Assembly: GCA_001662655.1 (NCBI GenBank)
Contig: KV460214.1
Length of the DNA: 64,000 nt
From: Pseudogymnoascus verrucosus
Lineage: Eukaryota
Reading direction: 5' to 3' (one strand)
Part shown: piece after piece, positions 49,023-63,400 of the stretch
Layout of the letters: the number at the start of each line of letters is the position of its first letter
Numbering within the stretch: the first letter of the stretch is position 1
Position numbers and translations under genes: made by a program
Notes under the pieces: generated by a model
Seen by the model: only the letters and a program-made list of their open reading frames with translations
The model's database searches: none
Told to the model about the DNA's origin: nothing

Positions 49023-50946
49023 TCAGATGAAGCGCATACGCCTCGCCAACGCGAGCGAGAGCAGGACGAAGATGAACAGCCCAGCGAGGATGGTGAAGAA
49101 GGGAATCAGATTATCGCCATCCATGAACGGGACCTTGACGTTCATCCCGAAGAGACCGCACACCAAATTCAGCGGCACCAGAATCGACGCGAGCACTGTG
49201 ATCTTGCTGAGGACCTTGTTGGAGTTCGTCCCCTGGGTGATATTATCAATCGACAACTGCGCGAGGTAATTGCTGTGCGAGCGACTCAGCATCTTCTCAA
49301 AGTGCCCCAAGTTCGACATCATAGTCACGACGTGGTCCTGGATATCGCCGAGGTAGAGACCGATGTCCATGCGCGGGGTGACGTTGTAGTTCTCGTTGCA
49401 GCGCTTGGTGAAGCCGCGGAGGACATCGGCTTTGCCGCCGAGGAGCTTCATGAGGGCCATGACGGTCTTGCGGACGTTGCCGATGGTGCGGAGGAAGTCG
49501 TGCATGTCGTCGCTGCGGGCGACAAAGACTTGGTCTTCGATGTTGTCGGTTTCGGCTTCGATTTGGTTGATGAGGGGGGCGAAGGAGTCGACGATGTCGT
49601 CACTGGGTGGGTTAGTTGGTATTCGATGGTGTTTTAGGTGCTGTGAAAACTTACATGAGCGCGTAGCAAATCCAGTCGCTGCTGAGAGAAACATAGTCCT
49701 TCAGAGCTGTGATTCTCTTGCGAACAACTCCGACGTGTCGGTTGGGGGCGAAGCTGAAGCTAAGCGTACCCTCGCGGAAGACGATAACGTAGACATTGAA
49801 AGGTTCCAGCTCGGTGGTACCAAGGCCGTCGTCATTGGCAACAGTATTGAACGAGCGGAAGCATGCGAAGTAGTAAGCAGGGAACAGCTCAATCTTCTCG
49901 CGAGTCTCTTGTTTCTCGATATCCTCCATTGTCAGGGGATGGATCTGGAAGGCCTTGCAGATGGCTCGGATTTCTTCTTCGGTGGGGTTGCTCAGGTTCA
50001 ACCACCACACGCCGTCGTCCTCGTTCTCGGGGAGGTAGAAGAGGTTGCGAACATCTTCGCCTGGCATGATCAGGTCACCGAATTCGGCAGCGTGGATGGT
50101 AGACTCCCACGCAGACGAGAAGAAGCTGAAGCGGTTCCCATCATAGTGCTCAGTGGCCGGCTTGCCAACCTTCTCGTCGAGAATATCATCCAGTTCCTTC
50201 TTCTCCTCAGAGACGGAGACGGAGTCGACGATGGCGGACTTGGAGATGCTCGCGGAAGATCTGAGATCCTTGAAGGCAGTGCGCGGAGGAGGCTGGTTCT
50301 TTGGCGGAGTGTGATCACGCTCCTCTTCGGCAATGAAGTTCTCGAGAAAGTCAAAGTCGATGTAGAGCTTTCTCTTGTCGCGCGGGAAATTGGCCGTGGA
50401 CAGCGGGAAGCAGACATCCTCTGCAGCAGAGCTGTGGATGGAGTCAGCCACGCTGATACCATCCGTCTCATTCGTATATCGTCTGCTGCGTTGGCTGGGC
50501 GCCTTGCTAACGCGCGAAGCCGTGCGGTGGAGGGATCGGTCATCGACGCCGAGCTTCTTTTGAGCAGCCTCGACGGAGTGGTCGCGCTCTCGTCTGCGAG
50601 CAGCTGCGAAGGCCTTCACCGAGTTTGGCGGCGAAGGGGCTCTAGATTCAACTGTTGGCCTGCGGCTACGCTGGTAGGTTGGTGAGATTCCCTCTCCGTC
50701 GTCGATTGCAGTCTCATAGTCGCGGCGAGTATTGGTGCGAGCCAAGGCATCATCGACCCATGCTAGGTCTGTCCCGGATTCGTTCATCGCTTGGGCTCCG
50801 TACAAGGTGTCGATAGTGCCTCGTCTGGATCGAATTGGCCTCTGCACCGAGGCCATCTGGTGGCGATGGTCATCAAGCTCAGGCACAGGAGTGCTGTAGC
50901 GCGTATCGTCACGGTGCATCTCGTAGAGGTCCTCCTGGTCCGACAT
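49023..50946 (-). CDS. CorA-family Mg2+ transporter (Alr1-like)
   Basis: STIHAAEFGDL, IHPLTMEDI, REKIELF, YLGDIQDH and GLFGMNV with two C-terminal TM helices. One intron. Confidence 0.92.
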
Positions 50947-53057
50947 ATTGGCTGCTTTAGCTGTCTTAATTGTCCTAGTCTCCGGTATTTCTCGTTCTTC
51001 CGTCTCTTATCTTCGTATTCTCCCCTATATTCCCCTACTTTCTCTCTCCTTTCTCTCCTTTCCAAGGCGGGTCGCAGCGACCGCCCCTATTGCGTAGGTG
51101 ACAATGTGAGAGATGTCTCCCCGCACAGGTCGTCCCTGAGCGTCGAATTCGTTTAGGGCGCCAGCTTAATATCGTTCCCTACCCCTTGCGGTAGGACGCT
51201 CGAGTTGTCTATTCGTATGCAGAGTTGGTTGTTGGTGTTGTCTTCGCTCGGAAAATCCAATTACGGAGGCTTCTTGTCACCTCCGCAGTAGGCCCAGGAC
51301 TTTGGGCCGAGGAGCGGACGGATGAAGGAGAACTTGAGGAGTACGAGTCCCGCCAATTTGGTGGTTTTTGATATGGAAGGCTGCCGAGGCGCCGGTAGTC
51401 AACTAGAAAGTGCGTTGGAGAGAGCGACGGAACTCAAGCCACCCAGATCAGAATCCCTAGGAGATAGTATGGTGGCGTTGTTTGAAGTGTCGGTGTGGTG
51501 GTATGGTAGGTGGTGGCTATTGTCAAACGGACGGTGAAGTTATCGCTGTGTGCGAAGTGTGGAATGACGTATCAGATGCGGTGAAGCTGGATGTTTCTTT
51601 GCACGATAAGTAGTTATTTTAACAGCGGTTCAGAAGGACTCTGAGTTGCGGATATGTTGGGGTTTTTGAAGTTGTTGGCTGCGTAACAAAAGTTTTGCAG
51701 TGTGGTGGCTATTGTTGTGGTAGTAGGTCAGTGAAGAGGCGGGATGTGGATTGGTTTTGTTCTGGTGAAAGAACTTCGGCAAATGAAGGTCCGGACGGTA
51801 CACACACGGACACAGCCAAGGTTTTCTTTAAAAGGTGGGTTGTGGTTGGGCGAGGAGGGCTGATAGTGGGGGAACTACGACGGCGAAAGATTAGTAGTTC
51901 ATAGGTTCATAGTACTCCATAGTACGCTACAGTACGCTACAGTACTTGTATTGGACTTTTTGTTTAGTTCTTCAGGTCCATGATCAGCTATACCTGACTT
52001 TTTCTAGGTATAATGGGTAAAATGGGGGTTTAGTGTTGGTTTAGTTGGTTTAGTTGGTATGAGCTAGTGAAAATTGTATGCTACGGCCAGAGTCATCGCT
52101 CTAAGCCGCTCCTCTACATCACCCTACAGCGGGGTCGCCGACAGCACTCAGAGGCCTAGAAGACTAGACCATCAGGACCAACGTCAGCCTCTCTCTACGT
52201 GTATGTTATGCTATGTACGGCATTTATATCGGACGATGGCATGGAAAAGGTATAGCACACGATACTATAGGAGAGTGTGGCGTCTCCTACATCGGCAGTG
52301 ACAGTGCATCTACTAGTCTACAGTTAAAAGCCATCGCACTGTCTGTGTTGTGTACTGTAAAACACCATGTGCATGTGTAGAAACTACCCCTCTCCTCCCG
52401 CTTGAGGCATTTACCTCATGAGCCAGCCACCAGCCCAGCCCAGCGGTGGGCTGACAATCAAACAGCGGCCGCGGCCAGAACCACCCTCGCCGCCGTATCA
52501 TACTTACCTAACACATAAACATGGCAATATGGCAATATGGCAATCGAAGAAGCTGCCAATTCTTCCTTGCATTCCCCTGCAGCCAGTGAAACGTGCGTGT
52601 TGGGCCTGTAAGAAAGACACTTGGGCCTTGGCTGCCATACTATTGGTAGGACGGGCCGGGAACCTGCTGGTATCCTTCTGTAACTTTTGTAAACTCTACA
52701 ATAGCTACTTGACCATATCGACCTTTGAGGTCATATCATTCTGTAGGTCGCTCGCTATGGGCCATTACATAGGACATATGGACTGTTCTTACAGTATAAT
52801 TTGATAATATACTCTTTTACACAGAGCACTCTACTCACTCTAATATGAAATGTTGCCCCACACCCACTCCCTCTCAAACAGTTTCAGAAAGTCGCGCCTG
52901 CCACACTCGCGCCAAGACATGTCACGTGCAATCCGTGTGATCGTCCCCATCCAAAGGCCACCACATCAACTTGCCTCTCAGCCTCGTTTGTGGCCTTGTT
53001 GATGCAAGGTGCCAACTCTCATCTCGAACCAAGCTAGCACCAACCAAAACCCAAGCC

Positions 53058-53518
53058 ATGGCCGACCAGATCCTCGAGAAGGTTCGCGATCTTGCGGAGG
53101 GCCAGATTGTATGTTCCATCCCTATCCTCGTTAACTCCCGGCCGGCCGTCAATTACAGAATGAATGCATGCTAACACACGCCTCAGGACTTCGAGGGCCA
53201 AAGACTATCCGAGTTGCTTGCCACAATCGTGCTGGCTGTAGTGGGGGTACGCGTCTTCCGGATCGCTGGTGATGGGTTTGGCTAATTATATTCACGTAGG
53301 CTATCGCGTTTGTTATTGGATTCGTTCGCCAAGATATCACACTGGCGCTCTACGTTGGTCTCGCCGGCACCGCCCTCGCGTTCGTCCTCGTCGTCCCGCC
53401 GTGGCCCTTCTTCAACCGGAACCCCGTTCCGTGGCTACCAGTGGGAGGTGCAAGGGCAGCGGGCTCGCAGCAGGCGGCGGGAGGGATCGTGGTGGATGGG
53501 AAGCATGTCACGACTTGA
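53058..53518 (+). CDS. SPC1: Signal peptidase complex subunit Spc1/SPC12 (3 exons)
   Basis: GQIDFEGQRLSE, two TM segments and VVPPWPFFNRNPVPWL. Confidence 0.9.
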
Positions 53519-53809
53519 TGGTCTGGGGGAAGTGGGAGGGAGTCAACGGGGTTATAGGCAGGCAAAAACAACAAAATATTTCCACCGCAGCAGCTGCCTT
53601 CATTTTTTGATATGTTCTATGCCTAGTACTGATTAAACGCCATGTCATTAGAGTCATTGACGTCTATGATATCCCGTTAGATATCCACGCCGGCCGCGTG
53701 CGGGCATCATCAGTTTCGTGCCCCCAAGATTGTATACCACCATCCGTCGTCAGTGTCGAATATGCAGTCCCGGACTGATATATTGCTATCGTGCCACCAG
53801 ATGCAGGCT

Positions 53810-54351
<542 letters not shown>

Positions 54352-55099
54352 TGTAGCGTTGAGGTCGAGGTCAAGTTCGAGTTTAAGGCTTTATTTATAT
54401 GCTGGTATGATGCGACCTTGCGGTCAACTCGAACGAGGTGGTACGGTCGAGTAGATTCGAGTATATGTCAGCCTAGCGTATGAGAGGCGAGATCGTTAAG
54501 CTTCAAAGGGTTCAAAGACTCGAAATCTATAGAGTCTCGTTCAAACGATTATGAATGAATAGCCACTGGACCCTCGAATATCGTTCTCGAATACCGTGGT
54601 TCGTCCGGATAAGGCTGGAATCCCAGGACGATTAGACGCCGATGGAATATCCCGCGCCCTGTTTCCGTCTCCCAAACGAGTTTAGCGCAGCCTCTCCATT
54701 GTGGGCGACTGTCGGCGACCAGACGAGTATGAGTTACCTTGACGTCGACCACTTTGTTAGTCGTCGTTCACCTCTTGACACTCAACCTCCAACACATTCA
54801 CCACCATTACCTACCGCAGTCGAAGAAATGACCATCTCACTTTCACTTTTATTTCCTCACCTATACACAAACAAATCTTCGACCCAACAACGCCCGACCG
54901 TCCGCAACTCACGACCTTCGATACATAAACCGCCACCAACGAAGTGCCGCTAAGCCTCAGGAGCCTTGCCCCCAATACGTCTCTGTCAGTGACTGTCCGA
55001 CTGTCCTGCTAGGACCGTTCCTATCGTCTACATCGTCTATATCAAGTACTCTTCACCTCCTTCGACTGCGTCAGAGACCGCTTATTTATCAGGCCCAGC

Positions 55100-56584
55100 A
55101 TGTCGAGTTTGACCCCGCAGATGGCCCGTCGCCATCGCCACAACCAGAGTGCCGACGTCTCGTCATCTGGAGAGGCACCTCGCAATCCACAAAGCCCTCA
55201 CTTCTACAACAATCAAGTCCATGCAGACAACTCACGCTCTTCGACAAACTACGGACAACCAACTACCCCGCCCAGAACGCCGCAGAAGGCCCCAAACGGC
55301 AAGTCCGACAAGACTCCAGGGGCCAATATGGGTCCTGGCAGTGCGAAACCTAAATCTAGAGGCAATAACCGTGCAAAGAACACTGCAGTCACTCCCGCTG
55401 CCGCGAGGGCGAAGCCGATCCAACCTACTGGGCACCCGTCGTCAGTGTCTAAACCCATCTCAACACCGAATGCGGCGGCTTATGCGGGCCCAACCTTCCA
55501 CGCCTCCCCAGCACCATCAGCTTTGCCTATGCCTAGCTTCTTCTCCAAGTCGGTTCCTGAATCACCAAGCATCAAGATTTCCGATTCGAGGGCCGACGAG
55601 ACCAATTCCAGCTCCAGTGACTCATCACCCCCTCCTATTATCAAGGCTCGGATCGCTGCACAAGGTCAAAAGGAGTCTCCATTAGACTTCTTCTTCAACG
55701 CAGATAGGGAAGAGAAGGCTAGAGCTCGCAGTGCCAATTCAGCTGTGGGACCATTTCAGCCTCCAGCTGGTCCACCGCCAAATGACTATAGAACACCTGC
55801 CGCGAATAACCAAGGTCGCAACAACAACCCCAAATTTCAAGGTGGCTCCGCTAGTAGCATGTTTGCTATGGAATTAGATGGCACTCCTGGGAAGCCATAC
55901 GGCCCCGCCTTCTCCACGCCTTACAGCGAGCGAATCAACGCTGCGCGATCAACTCCATCTCTTGTTAATTCACCATCTGCAAGTACATCTGATCAGCAAA
56001 AGACCACGGACCGCTCAGAAGCTCTGAAATCATTTTTATTCTCCGGCCAAAAGCCGCCAGCATACGCGAATGGTCGTGTACCTGAACCCCCTTTTCCAGG
56101 GCAGCAATCGCCGACTCCCAACCGCACGGCCGTTCACCAAACTTCCCCATCTGGGCCCCGGAACAATTCATATTCTTCTCCCCAGCAGCATCGCCAGAAC
56201 GGGTTCCCTTATATCAACGATGGCTCCGCATACGGCAGCGCAACCAGGAATACCCCTCGCACTTCCGGGCTTCGTCAAGAAGTTACGCCCACTAAGACGC
56301 CTCCGGAGAGGATGGATAACTCGATCTTCCAGAACTCCCCGTCATATAATTTCAAAGAGAACTCCGCTCGCCGCCAAGTCGCAGGCAGCAACCTCGTCTT
56401 TAACAACCAGGCACCACCGCCTCCCAACGCGGCCGCGTCACCATCTGTATCTACACCATCATCGCACATCAATAACTCGGACATACGAACCATGGAGGAC
56501 AGCCTCCGCCGCATCCTCAAACTGGAACCCTCAGCTTCAGGCTCGGGGGTCCCGGTCGCATCTGCGTCAAGCCCGCATTATTAG
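55100..56584 (+). CDS. Disordered Pro/Ser-rich protein with PNRC/Edc1-type decapping-activator motif
   Basis: 494-aa ORF containing YAGPTFHASPAPSALPMPSF. Confidence 0.75.
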   Translation: MSSLTPQMARRHRHNQSADVSSSGEAPRNPQSPHFYNNQVHADNSRSSTNYGQPTTPPRTPQKAPNGKSDKTPGANMGPGSAKPKSRGNNRAKNTAVTPAAARAKPIQPTGHPSSVSKPISTPNAAAYAGPTFHASPAPSALPMPSFFSKSVPESPSIKISDSRADETNSSSSDSSPPPIIKARIAAQGQKESPLDFFFNADREEKARARSANSAVGPFQPPAGPPPNDYRTPAANNQGRNNNPKFQGGSASSMFAMELDGTPGKPYGPAFSTPYSERINAARSTPSLVNSPSASTSDQQKTTDRSEALKSFLFSGQKPPAYANGRVPEPPFPGQQSPTPNRTAVHQTSPSGPRNNSYSSPQQHRQNGFPYINDGSAYGSATRNTPRTSGLRQEVTPTKTPPERMDNSIFQNSPSYNFKENSARRQVAGSNLVFNNQAPPPPNAAASPSVSTPSSHINNSDIRTMEDSLRRILKLEPSASGSGVPVASASSPHY

Positions 56585-58014
56585 AACGTGTGTGTGCTGT
56601 GCAGTCGGCTCCTGTTTTCTGCGGGTGGGGGCCCAATAGGCAGGCGTTTTTTTATGGAATCAAACTTACTTACTTACTTTGCATGTCGAACCACGATCAT
56701 ATGATAGAGAAGGGGTGGGCGGATTGGGTGCGAGGTGGGGGGGGTGGGATTTCCATTTCACATCGGCGGGCGGCGGGCGTTTCTTCAGACCTCTTGTGTT
56801 TTATTTAACATCTGTGTCTTGTTAGCATCATGAGGGGACCTTCCGCTTTTCCTGTTTTCTGGGGCTGCTGCTGTTGTTGCTGCGCCCTCGACAGCCTGCT
56901 TGCGTTACTGTGGATATTACAGTTCATGATTTTCTTCGGGTTTTAGCTCGTTTTTCGAGCCAGCGATAGCGGCATGGGCAGGGCATATACAATATATATG
57001 TCTAGCGGCTGGTTTTTGCTTTTTCTTTTTTCAATCTTTAGCTTTGGGTTGGGATGTTCAGAGGGTGGGAGGCTCTTTTATGAGGTTCGGTGGGAGGGGA
57101 GGAGGTATTATTTGCGGTCATGGGGCGGGACGGAAGAGATACACAGCACATTCTGCGAGAGATGGTTTTCTTTAGTTGTTGCGAAGGGTTACACGTGGGG
57201 TGGGAGGTACAGGAAGGGCAGTGGGAAGGGAAGGAAAGGAAGGGGTAGAGGGTGGGGTGTGAGACTATACCAAGGTTTCGACAGCGAGATGGATAGGGGA
57301 GGAGGGAGAGAGAAAATCATTAAAAAAACAATTGGGGAGATAAAGAATCTGTGGCAGCCTGGTTACGGAGAAGGCGGCTTATTAATATCAATTACTTTAT
57401 CCTTCCATGCTTTGAGTTCTGTGTGCTGTGATGAAGGGGGTATCATTGCGATTGTGATGTTAGGTCATAGAATACATGGGTAAAGTTTCCCTCCTCATGC
57501 TCGCTTCGTAAATTTATCATGGAGAGTAACTAGATAGTGTTGTTAGAGCGTTTTGGGCTTGAACGAGGATTTGTCTTTGTTGGTAACTGGATACTGCTGT
57601 CAGAGTGATTTTGCTCTGAACGGGAATTAAACCATCACAGTAACTCAACACCAGCTCCACAGAGGATGAACTGTGGCAAGCATTTCTTCTCAATAGCAAC
57701 TCGCTAGTATTGTTGGAATCAGTAGGTTCTAGTGGTATGGTATTCCCCTTCAGTAACTGAATACTGTCAATGAAATCGACAGTTGCTAACATAATAAATT
57801 TATATCATAGCAATTTATAGCTATCTCAAAGAAATCCACATCATAGAGTGAATCAACTTGTTTGATTCAAGATAACGCTACAATTTTATGCCCGCTGCTC
57901 ACCACAGCCAACAAGCCCGGTATCTATGGCCCAAAACTCCACATCCCATCAAACTCCACCAATGCAATACCCAAAGACCATCCCAAATGCTAACACACGT
58001 ACAACACCCCCGCA

Positions 58015-58853
58015 TCACCTCCCCTCCGCCCCACCCAACGGCGGCGCCAGCACCGGCGCTCCCGGCGGCACCTCAATCACCCCCGCCGTCTCCTCCGCCT
58101 CATCCCTCCTCCCCTCAATCAACCTCCTCCACCACCCCGGCGGATCAAGCGGCTTATACCCTCCATGTAGCGGGGGATACACATCCGTAAAAAAGTACCA
58201 CACATGCCCCACCACCACACCCATAATCTCATCCTTCGGCACCGTTCCATGCAGCACGAAACTAAACCCCATCAACACCCACGGCAGATACGGCGCCGTG
58301 AACACCAGCAGTCCCAGGAACGAGAGCCGCGTATCCGGGTTCCGCCGCGACCAGATGTAGACGAGTGTGCTTGACAGCGGGTGCCCGAGGAAGGGGATGG
58401 CGACGAAGGGGGAGAGGGCGATGAGGCACACGCAGGAGTAGAGGAGGAGCCAGGAGAAGTGGGCGGGGGAGCGGCCGGAGGATTCTTCGAGGAGCCGGGA
58501 GTAGCGCTGCATGAAGAAGACGTGGAAGACGAGGTCGAGGGAGAGGGGGCCGAAGTAGAGGAAGTTGGTTAGGAGGCGCCAGAGCTATGGGAGGGGGGGT
58601 TAGTCTGGTGTGTTTGCTGAGGGGGTGGGCGGAGGGGGGGGAGGGAGCGTACTTGGTGCTTGTAGAAGACGGCGCGGTAGCTGTAGAAGAGCTTGAGTGG
58701 GTTGACGATGTCGCATTGGACGAGGACGCTCGTGAGGACTGTCGCGGTGGTCCAGAGGCGCGTGCAGACGGGCATTTCCCAGAACCATGCTTCGAGGGGG
58801 AACCCGGCCTGTCCGCCGAGTCCGCCATCCCCGCCACCCATCATTTGGTCCAT
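58015..58853 (-). CDS. DER1: Derlin (Der1-like ERAD protein)
   Basis: MPVCTR, QLWRLLTNFLYFG, RYSRLLEE, VYIWSRRNP, APYLPW and GHVWYFF. One intron. Confidence 0.9.
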
Positions 58854-59478
58854 GTTGGGCGGTGTTGACTGATAAGTGGCGCGATATCGGGGGTTACAGC
58901 TTCGGTTATTGATATTTTGTGGGTGCTGTTGATCAGCAGAGCATTTGGCGTAATGATCGCGGGGTGGTTTTAAGATATATCGTGTGTGTGTCCTTTGTTA
59001 GGTTGTGTTTGTTCGTGGAAAGTGGTGGTGGAGGCTCAATCTCATAGAGCTGTCCTTTATCTGGCGTCAACGAGATAGTGGCGTTTGGTCACTGTGGATG
59101 ATGGGGTACCGGGAAGCACAGCCACAGGGACGGACACACTGCATATTGATCCCTGTCATGTGGGGCGGGCGCCATGGACATTGGAAATCCACTTCACACG
59201 AAATCGCGTCAATCAACACAACGAAACCCAACTTTTGTCTCCAATTTCGCGATCCCACCACCACCACACTACGTGACACTGTTCCGAGGTATAACTTGAG
59301 TTCGCGCACACTTCATCTACGATAATCGCAATAAAAACACTCAAAACTCGCCTCATTGCCGCATTTACCAACGCGTTTTCTGCGCCCAACCTCCCCATTT
59401 TCCAAGAGCCTGCGAAGCTCACATCGCGATCCCTCAACAGCTCCTCTACGACCTCACAAACCGCAAACCACATCCACA

Positions 59479-59946
59479 ATGCCTCAAAAGGTCGCGCGGC
59501 GCGAGCCCCACCCCTCCAGCAGTGGGGGGATCCGCAAATCCTACAGCGGCAAAACCACCACCAAAACCACCGCCTCCAAGCGCCTCTCCTACAGCGCCGT
59601 CGAGCCCGGCGACCCCGTCCCGCATCGGAAAAAGCACCGCTACCGCCCCGGCACCGTCGCATTACAAGAAATCCGAAAATACCAACGCACGACCGACCTC
59701 CTGATGCTGAAGCTTCCCTTTTCGCGACTAGTGAGGGAGATCGCGATGACGCTCGTGCCGAGGAATCAGGAGCTGAGGTGGCAGAGTCAGGCGATTCAGG
59801 CGTTGCAGGAGGCGGCGGAGGCGTTTTTGGTGCATTTGTTTGAGGATACGAATTTGTGTGCTATTCATGCGAAGAGGGTGACTATTCAGCCGAAGGATTT
59901 GCAGTTGGCGAGGAGGGTGAGGGGGATGTGGGGGGGGTTGGGTTAG
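59479..59946 (+). CDS. CSE4: Centromeric histone H3 (CenH3/CENP-A), intronless
   Basis: H3 fold with divergent N-tail, FSRLVREI, extended loop 1 ([14 protein letters not shown]) and [18 protein letters not shown]. Confidence 0.92.
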   Translation: MPQKVARREPHPSSSGGIRKSYSGKTTTKTTASKRLSYSAVEPGDPVPHRKKHRYRPGTVALQEIRKYQRTTDLLMLKLPFSRLVREIAMTLVPRNQELRWQSQAIQALQEAAEAFLVHLFEDTNLCAIHAKRVTIQPKDLQLARRVRGMWGGLG

Positions 59947-60403
59947 GGTGAGGGGTGAAGAGAGGGAGGGTTCGATGTATATGTTTGGGTGGAGTTCTGT
60001 ATTATTGGGAGTTGGGACTATTGTATTTTGGCGCTGTTTGGACTGGGTTGCTTGAGGGATGGCTTATATGGGGCTGCTGGGTAATATGCCTGGGCTTGTC
60101 AAAATACAACAATGTTAATATCGCCCATCAGATGTTCAGAAGACACTTGAGTTGAGGTTGAAGCCTTAATACTTCGCTGTGACCACCAATAAGCTACACG
60201 ATCCATTGCACAACCCCCATTACCGCTGAGTGGCGTCCCAAAGCTTCCCGCGCTTATCCCTTCGCTCCCTTAAAATGCAGCACCGCCGACGAGGCGGCTA
60301 TGTCCAAAAAAATCCAACAGGCTTCTTAAATCGCCTTCCCCATCCATTCCCTTTGCAATACAATATACTCTTCCAATTACTCCGTCCCATCGAATCCCTG
60401 TCT

Positions 60404-63400
60404 TCAATCATCGCTAACCTCGAAATCGAACACACCGAGTTTAGCTGTAAGTTCCGAGAGCGACCTCTCTCGTTTATGCGACTTTGCCACAGGGCTACCA
60501 TCAGCCCTCGGGTTATCATCCATGGACCTTTTGTCAAAATATCCGTCTGTATGGCCGACTCTCTCGAACCTAGGTGTGGTGTTTCGCATAACGGCATCCA
60601 TAATAATCGAATCACTCCCAGCGGTCGTCGGCCGCATAAGCTTGCTCATTTCCGCATCATCTTCATACAAGCTCCTCGTTTCCAGACCCTGTGCAATATT
60701 TAAGTTCCTCTGCAATAGCTCCAGGAGACGGTCTTTCTGCTTCGCCCATCTCGAATTTAGGATTTGTATTGCCTGGTCAATATCCTGCGCCGTGGGTATG
60801 GGATTATCCTTCTCCTTCATATGGACTCCAAGTGTAGTCAGCGTTTTACGAACAGCGTGTTTCGCTCCACTTTCTCCTTTGGCGGCACTATGAGTATCGG
60901 AGATGATTTGTCTCATGCGTTTGACAGCTTCATTCTGGTCATCTTGCATGAGGGGCAAACTGAGGACCGTAAAATTCTTGGCAAGAGCATTGACAAGAAC
61001 CGTGAAACCCTGGAGATTGATATTGTTGTGCTCGCAATATATATGGGTGATCGTATCGTTGCCTTCGATGACCGAAGAAAGTGTGTTGGCGCCTTCGAGG
61101 CCGAGGTTTTGGTATTCCAGTTTGAGAACTTTGAGGGCGTTGTTCTTCTTCAACCCCGTCAGAGCATGGTTAAGCCCAATCCCAAAGCGCGCTATCTCAA
61201 GATGCGCATATTCTCCAGAGATATCCAGCTCCTCAAGTGTAGAATTTTCTTCGAATACACGTTGAAGAGCAATGCATGTATCCTCTCCAGCATCGTATGG
61301 AAGCGAGGCCTTGGAAATGTCCAAGCATTTTATCGTAGTATTTTCCCTCAATGCCTCCAGAAGTTGTCTGAAGTGAGCTTCCGATTGGTATTCCACCATT
61401 CGCATGGTGACATGGGATGGTGTTAGGCAATCTTTGATAGCTGAGGCAATATCACTGTTGCCTTTCTCAAGTCTATTTGCACTGATGTGCAGCTGCATGT
61501 CTCTTCCTTCTCCTGGCACATGGCACATAGTCCGCATGAGAACAGCCACTTGGGTGCCAGTGAGATTGCACTGATCCATTTGCAGCAAGTGAAGAGAGTC
61601 TGACATATCGCTATGGAGATAGGTTGATATCGCATCGAGGGTCTGGTCATTTATCTAGAATAGTTAGGAAGTGTGTTATCGGATAGTGGATTATACTGGC
61701 TACTTACTGGAACACCCGTCAAGACGAGCTCCTGAAGCTTCCAGGCCAACATAACCTCGGCAGCTATCAGGGGCTCGTCTCCAGACGTGCTGGTCACCCG
61801 TGATAGGTCCAGCTTTCTAATTTGGGAGAATCGACTCATAGTAATGGGGAAATCAGCCAGGTTCAAGCGCCCCGGGTTGTCAGCTATGTTGATACACTCC
61901 AATGTTGCGTTTTGCTTCTCTAAATTGTTCAAGAAAACTTGAAGGCCACGGTCAGTCAGTCCACATCGTGCGACCTCGAACGACCTGAAATGGCAGAGTC
62001 TCTCGTGCAATGCGGGAGCGATCTCTTCCAGATCGGTCTCACCAAGTTCAATGCCACTAAAGACTATCCAGTCCACATTTGTCAGTTGTGCTCGGCATAG
62101 GGGTAAAATCCCAGCTGCAATTTCACATCCAGGATCTTTAGGTGCTCCTTCATCTTCCTCGTATGTATCTCGTGGCCGTCTCCTCGGGAGAGTATCACCG
62201 AAGTTCATCCTCCGCGTTTTATATGTTTTCAAGGCCAAAGCCTGCACTTCCTGGTAAAGCAAGGACCTTCCATCAGGGACTATATCAAAGTACTTCTTGA
62301 TCGGAATCCCTGACCGAGACTTGAGAGCAATATGATCCTTCCCGTACTCGTCGACTGTTCCATGAAGACATTCTAGATCTATCCCAGCGAAGGACATTGA
62401 TCTGAACGACTCATTATACCGCAATGCTCGTAATATTGCCAGAAGCTCATGTGTGCTGTATCGTCTTGAATCAGACGGCGGCAAGAGGAGGAACTCTGGT
62501 GAGTCTTCGACCTCATAACCAATTGTATACCTAATATTGCTAGGATTGCAGCCATAAGCAAGACAGTATGCGATCAACGTTCTATCAAACGCTCCATTGT
62601 CCTCGGTGGGGCCAAAATCGACATTCGAATCATCGAGCACTTCTTTTGGCCCACTATACAGGAATGTATAGTCCAGCCACTGCGGTTTGAGGTAGAGTAT
62701 GGATCTGAAGATATCACGTCCAATATCCGGGCCCTGGGACGCTGCCAAGGAAATAGTAACCGCTTTCTCAAGTGGAATGCGGAACCCCAGCTCCAAGGTA
62801 TCATCGCTGTTGTTTATTTCCATAGTCACCAGTGAAACCAAACCGTAGCTGTTTTTATTTGCCTTGACGTTCATAGGACGTGATGGAGACTCGTGGAAAT
62901 CCGGCAGGGAAATCAAATGCAGCAGGTTGATACCTATAACAAGATAGCATGCAGTCGAGCTCAGCTTGGAAAAGTCCTCGGAGGATTTCCCAGGTGCTTT
63001 GTTAGCTGGCCGACGGACCACTCGGTATATCTTGAAGTAGTTCTCGTCATAGTCTTGCGACGCTTCAAGTAGGCGTCGGATGTAGCTTATCGTCCGCGAA
63101 GGGAATGGCTCGTCTGCCATCAGCTTCGATTTCAGAGCAGCGGCTCGGATAGAGGTGTGCCATAGGTCTGCTTCTCGGGGGTCTTGGAGCATAAGCTGGA
63201 TGGAGCCGACACTACTTGTTGCCTCGTCCAGGTATACGACTTCCGTTATGAAGTACGGCCTGCCGCCTTCAACCCTATATGCAGCCACAATCTGGTTCAG
63301 GAGAATCCCATTGTCTCCTTCGCTGCTTGACCTTGAGTTCAAGGACTGGATCTCATGTAACGATCCGATCGAAGCCGTCGACGAGTGCCTCGTCCCAGAG

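Noticed and set aside
49396..50685. 429-aa plus-strand ORF, and similar long ORFs at 40232-41074, 6086-6748, 24732-25328 and 46837-47349
   Set aside because: They are antisense shadows of well-supported genes and show no recognisable motifs.
56974..57792. ORFs of 169 aa and 91 aa between the Edc1-like gene and Derlin
   Set aside because: Low-complexity G-rich 3'UTR or intergenic sequence with no recognisable domain.
59356..59478. In-frame TTG-initiated N-terminal extension of CenH3
   Set aside because: The ATG at 59479 has good context (ACAATG), and the upstream part overlaps promoter-like ACGCGT. There is no evidence for non-AUG initiation.
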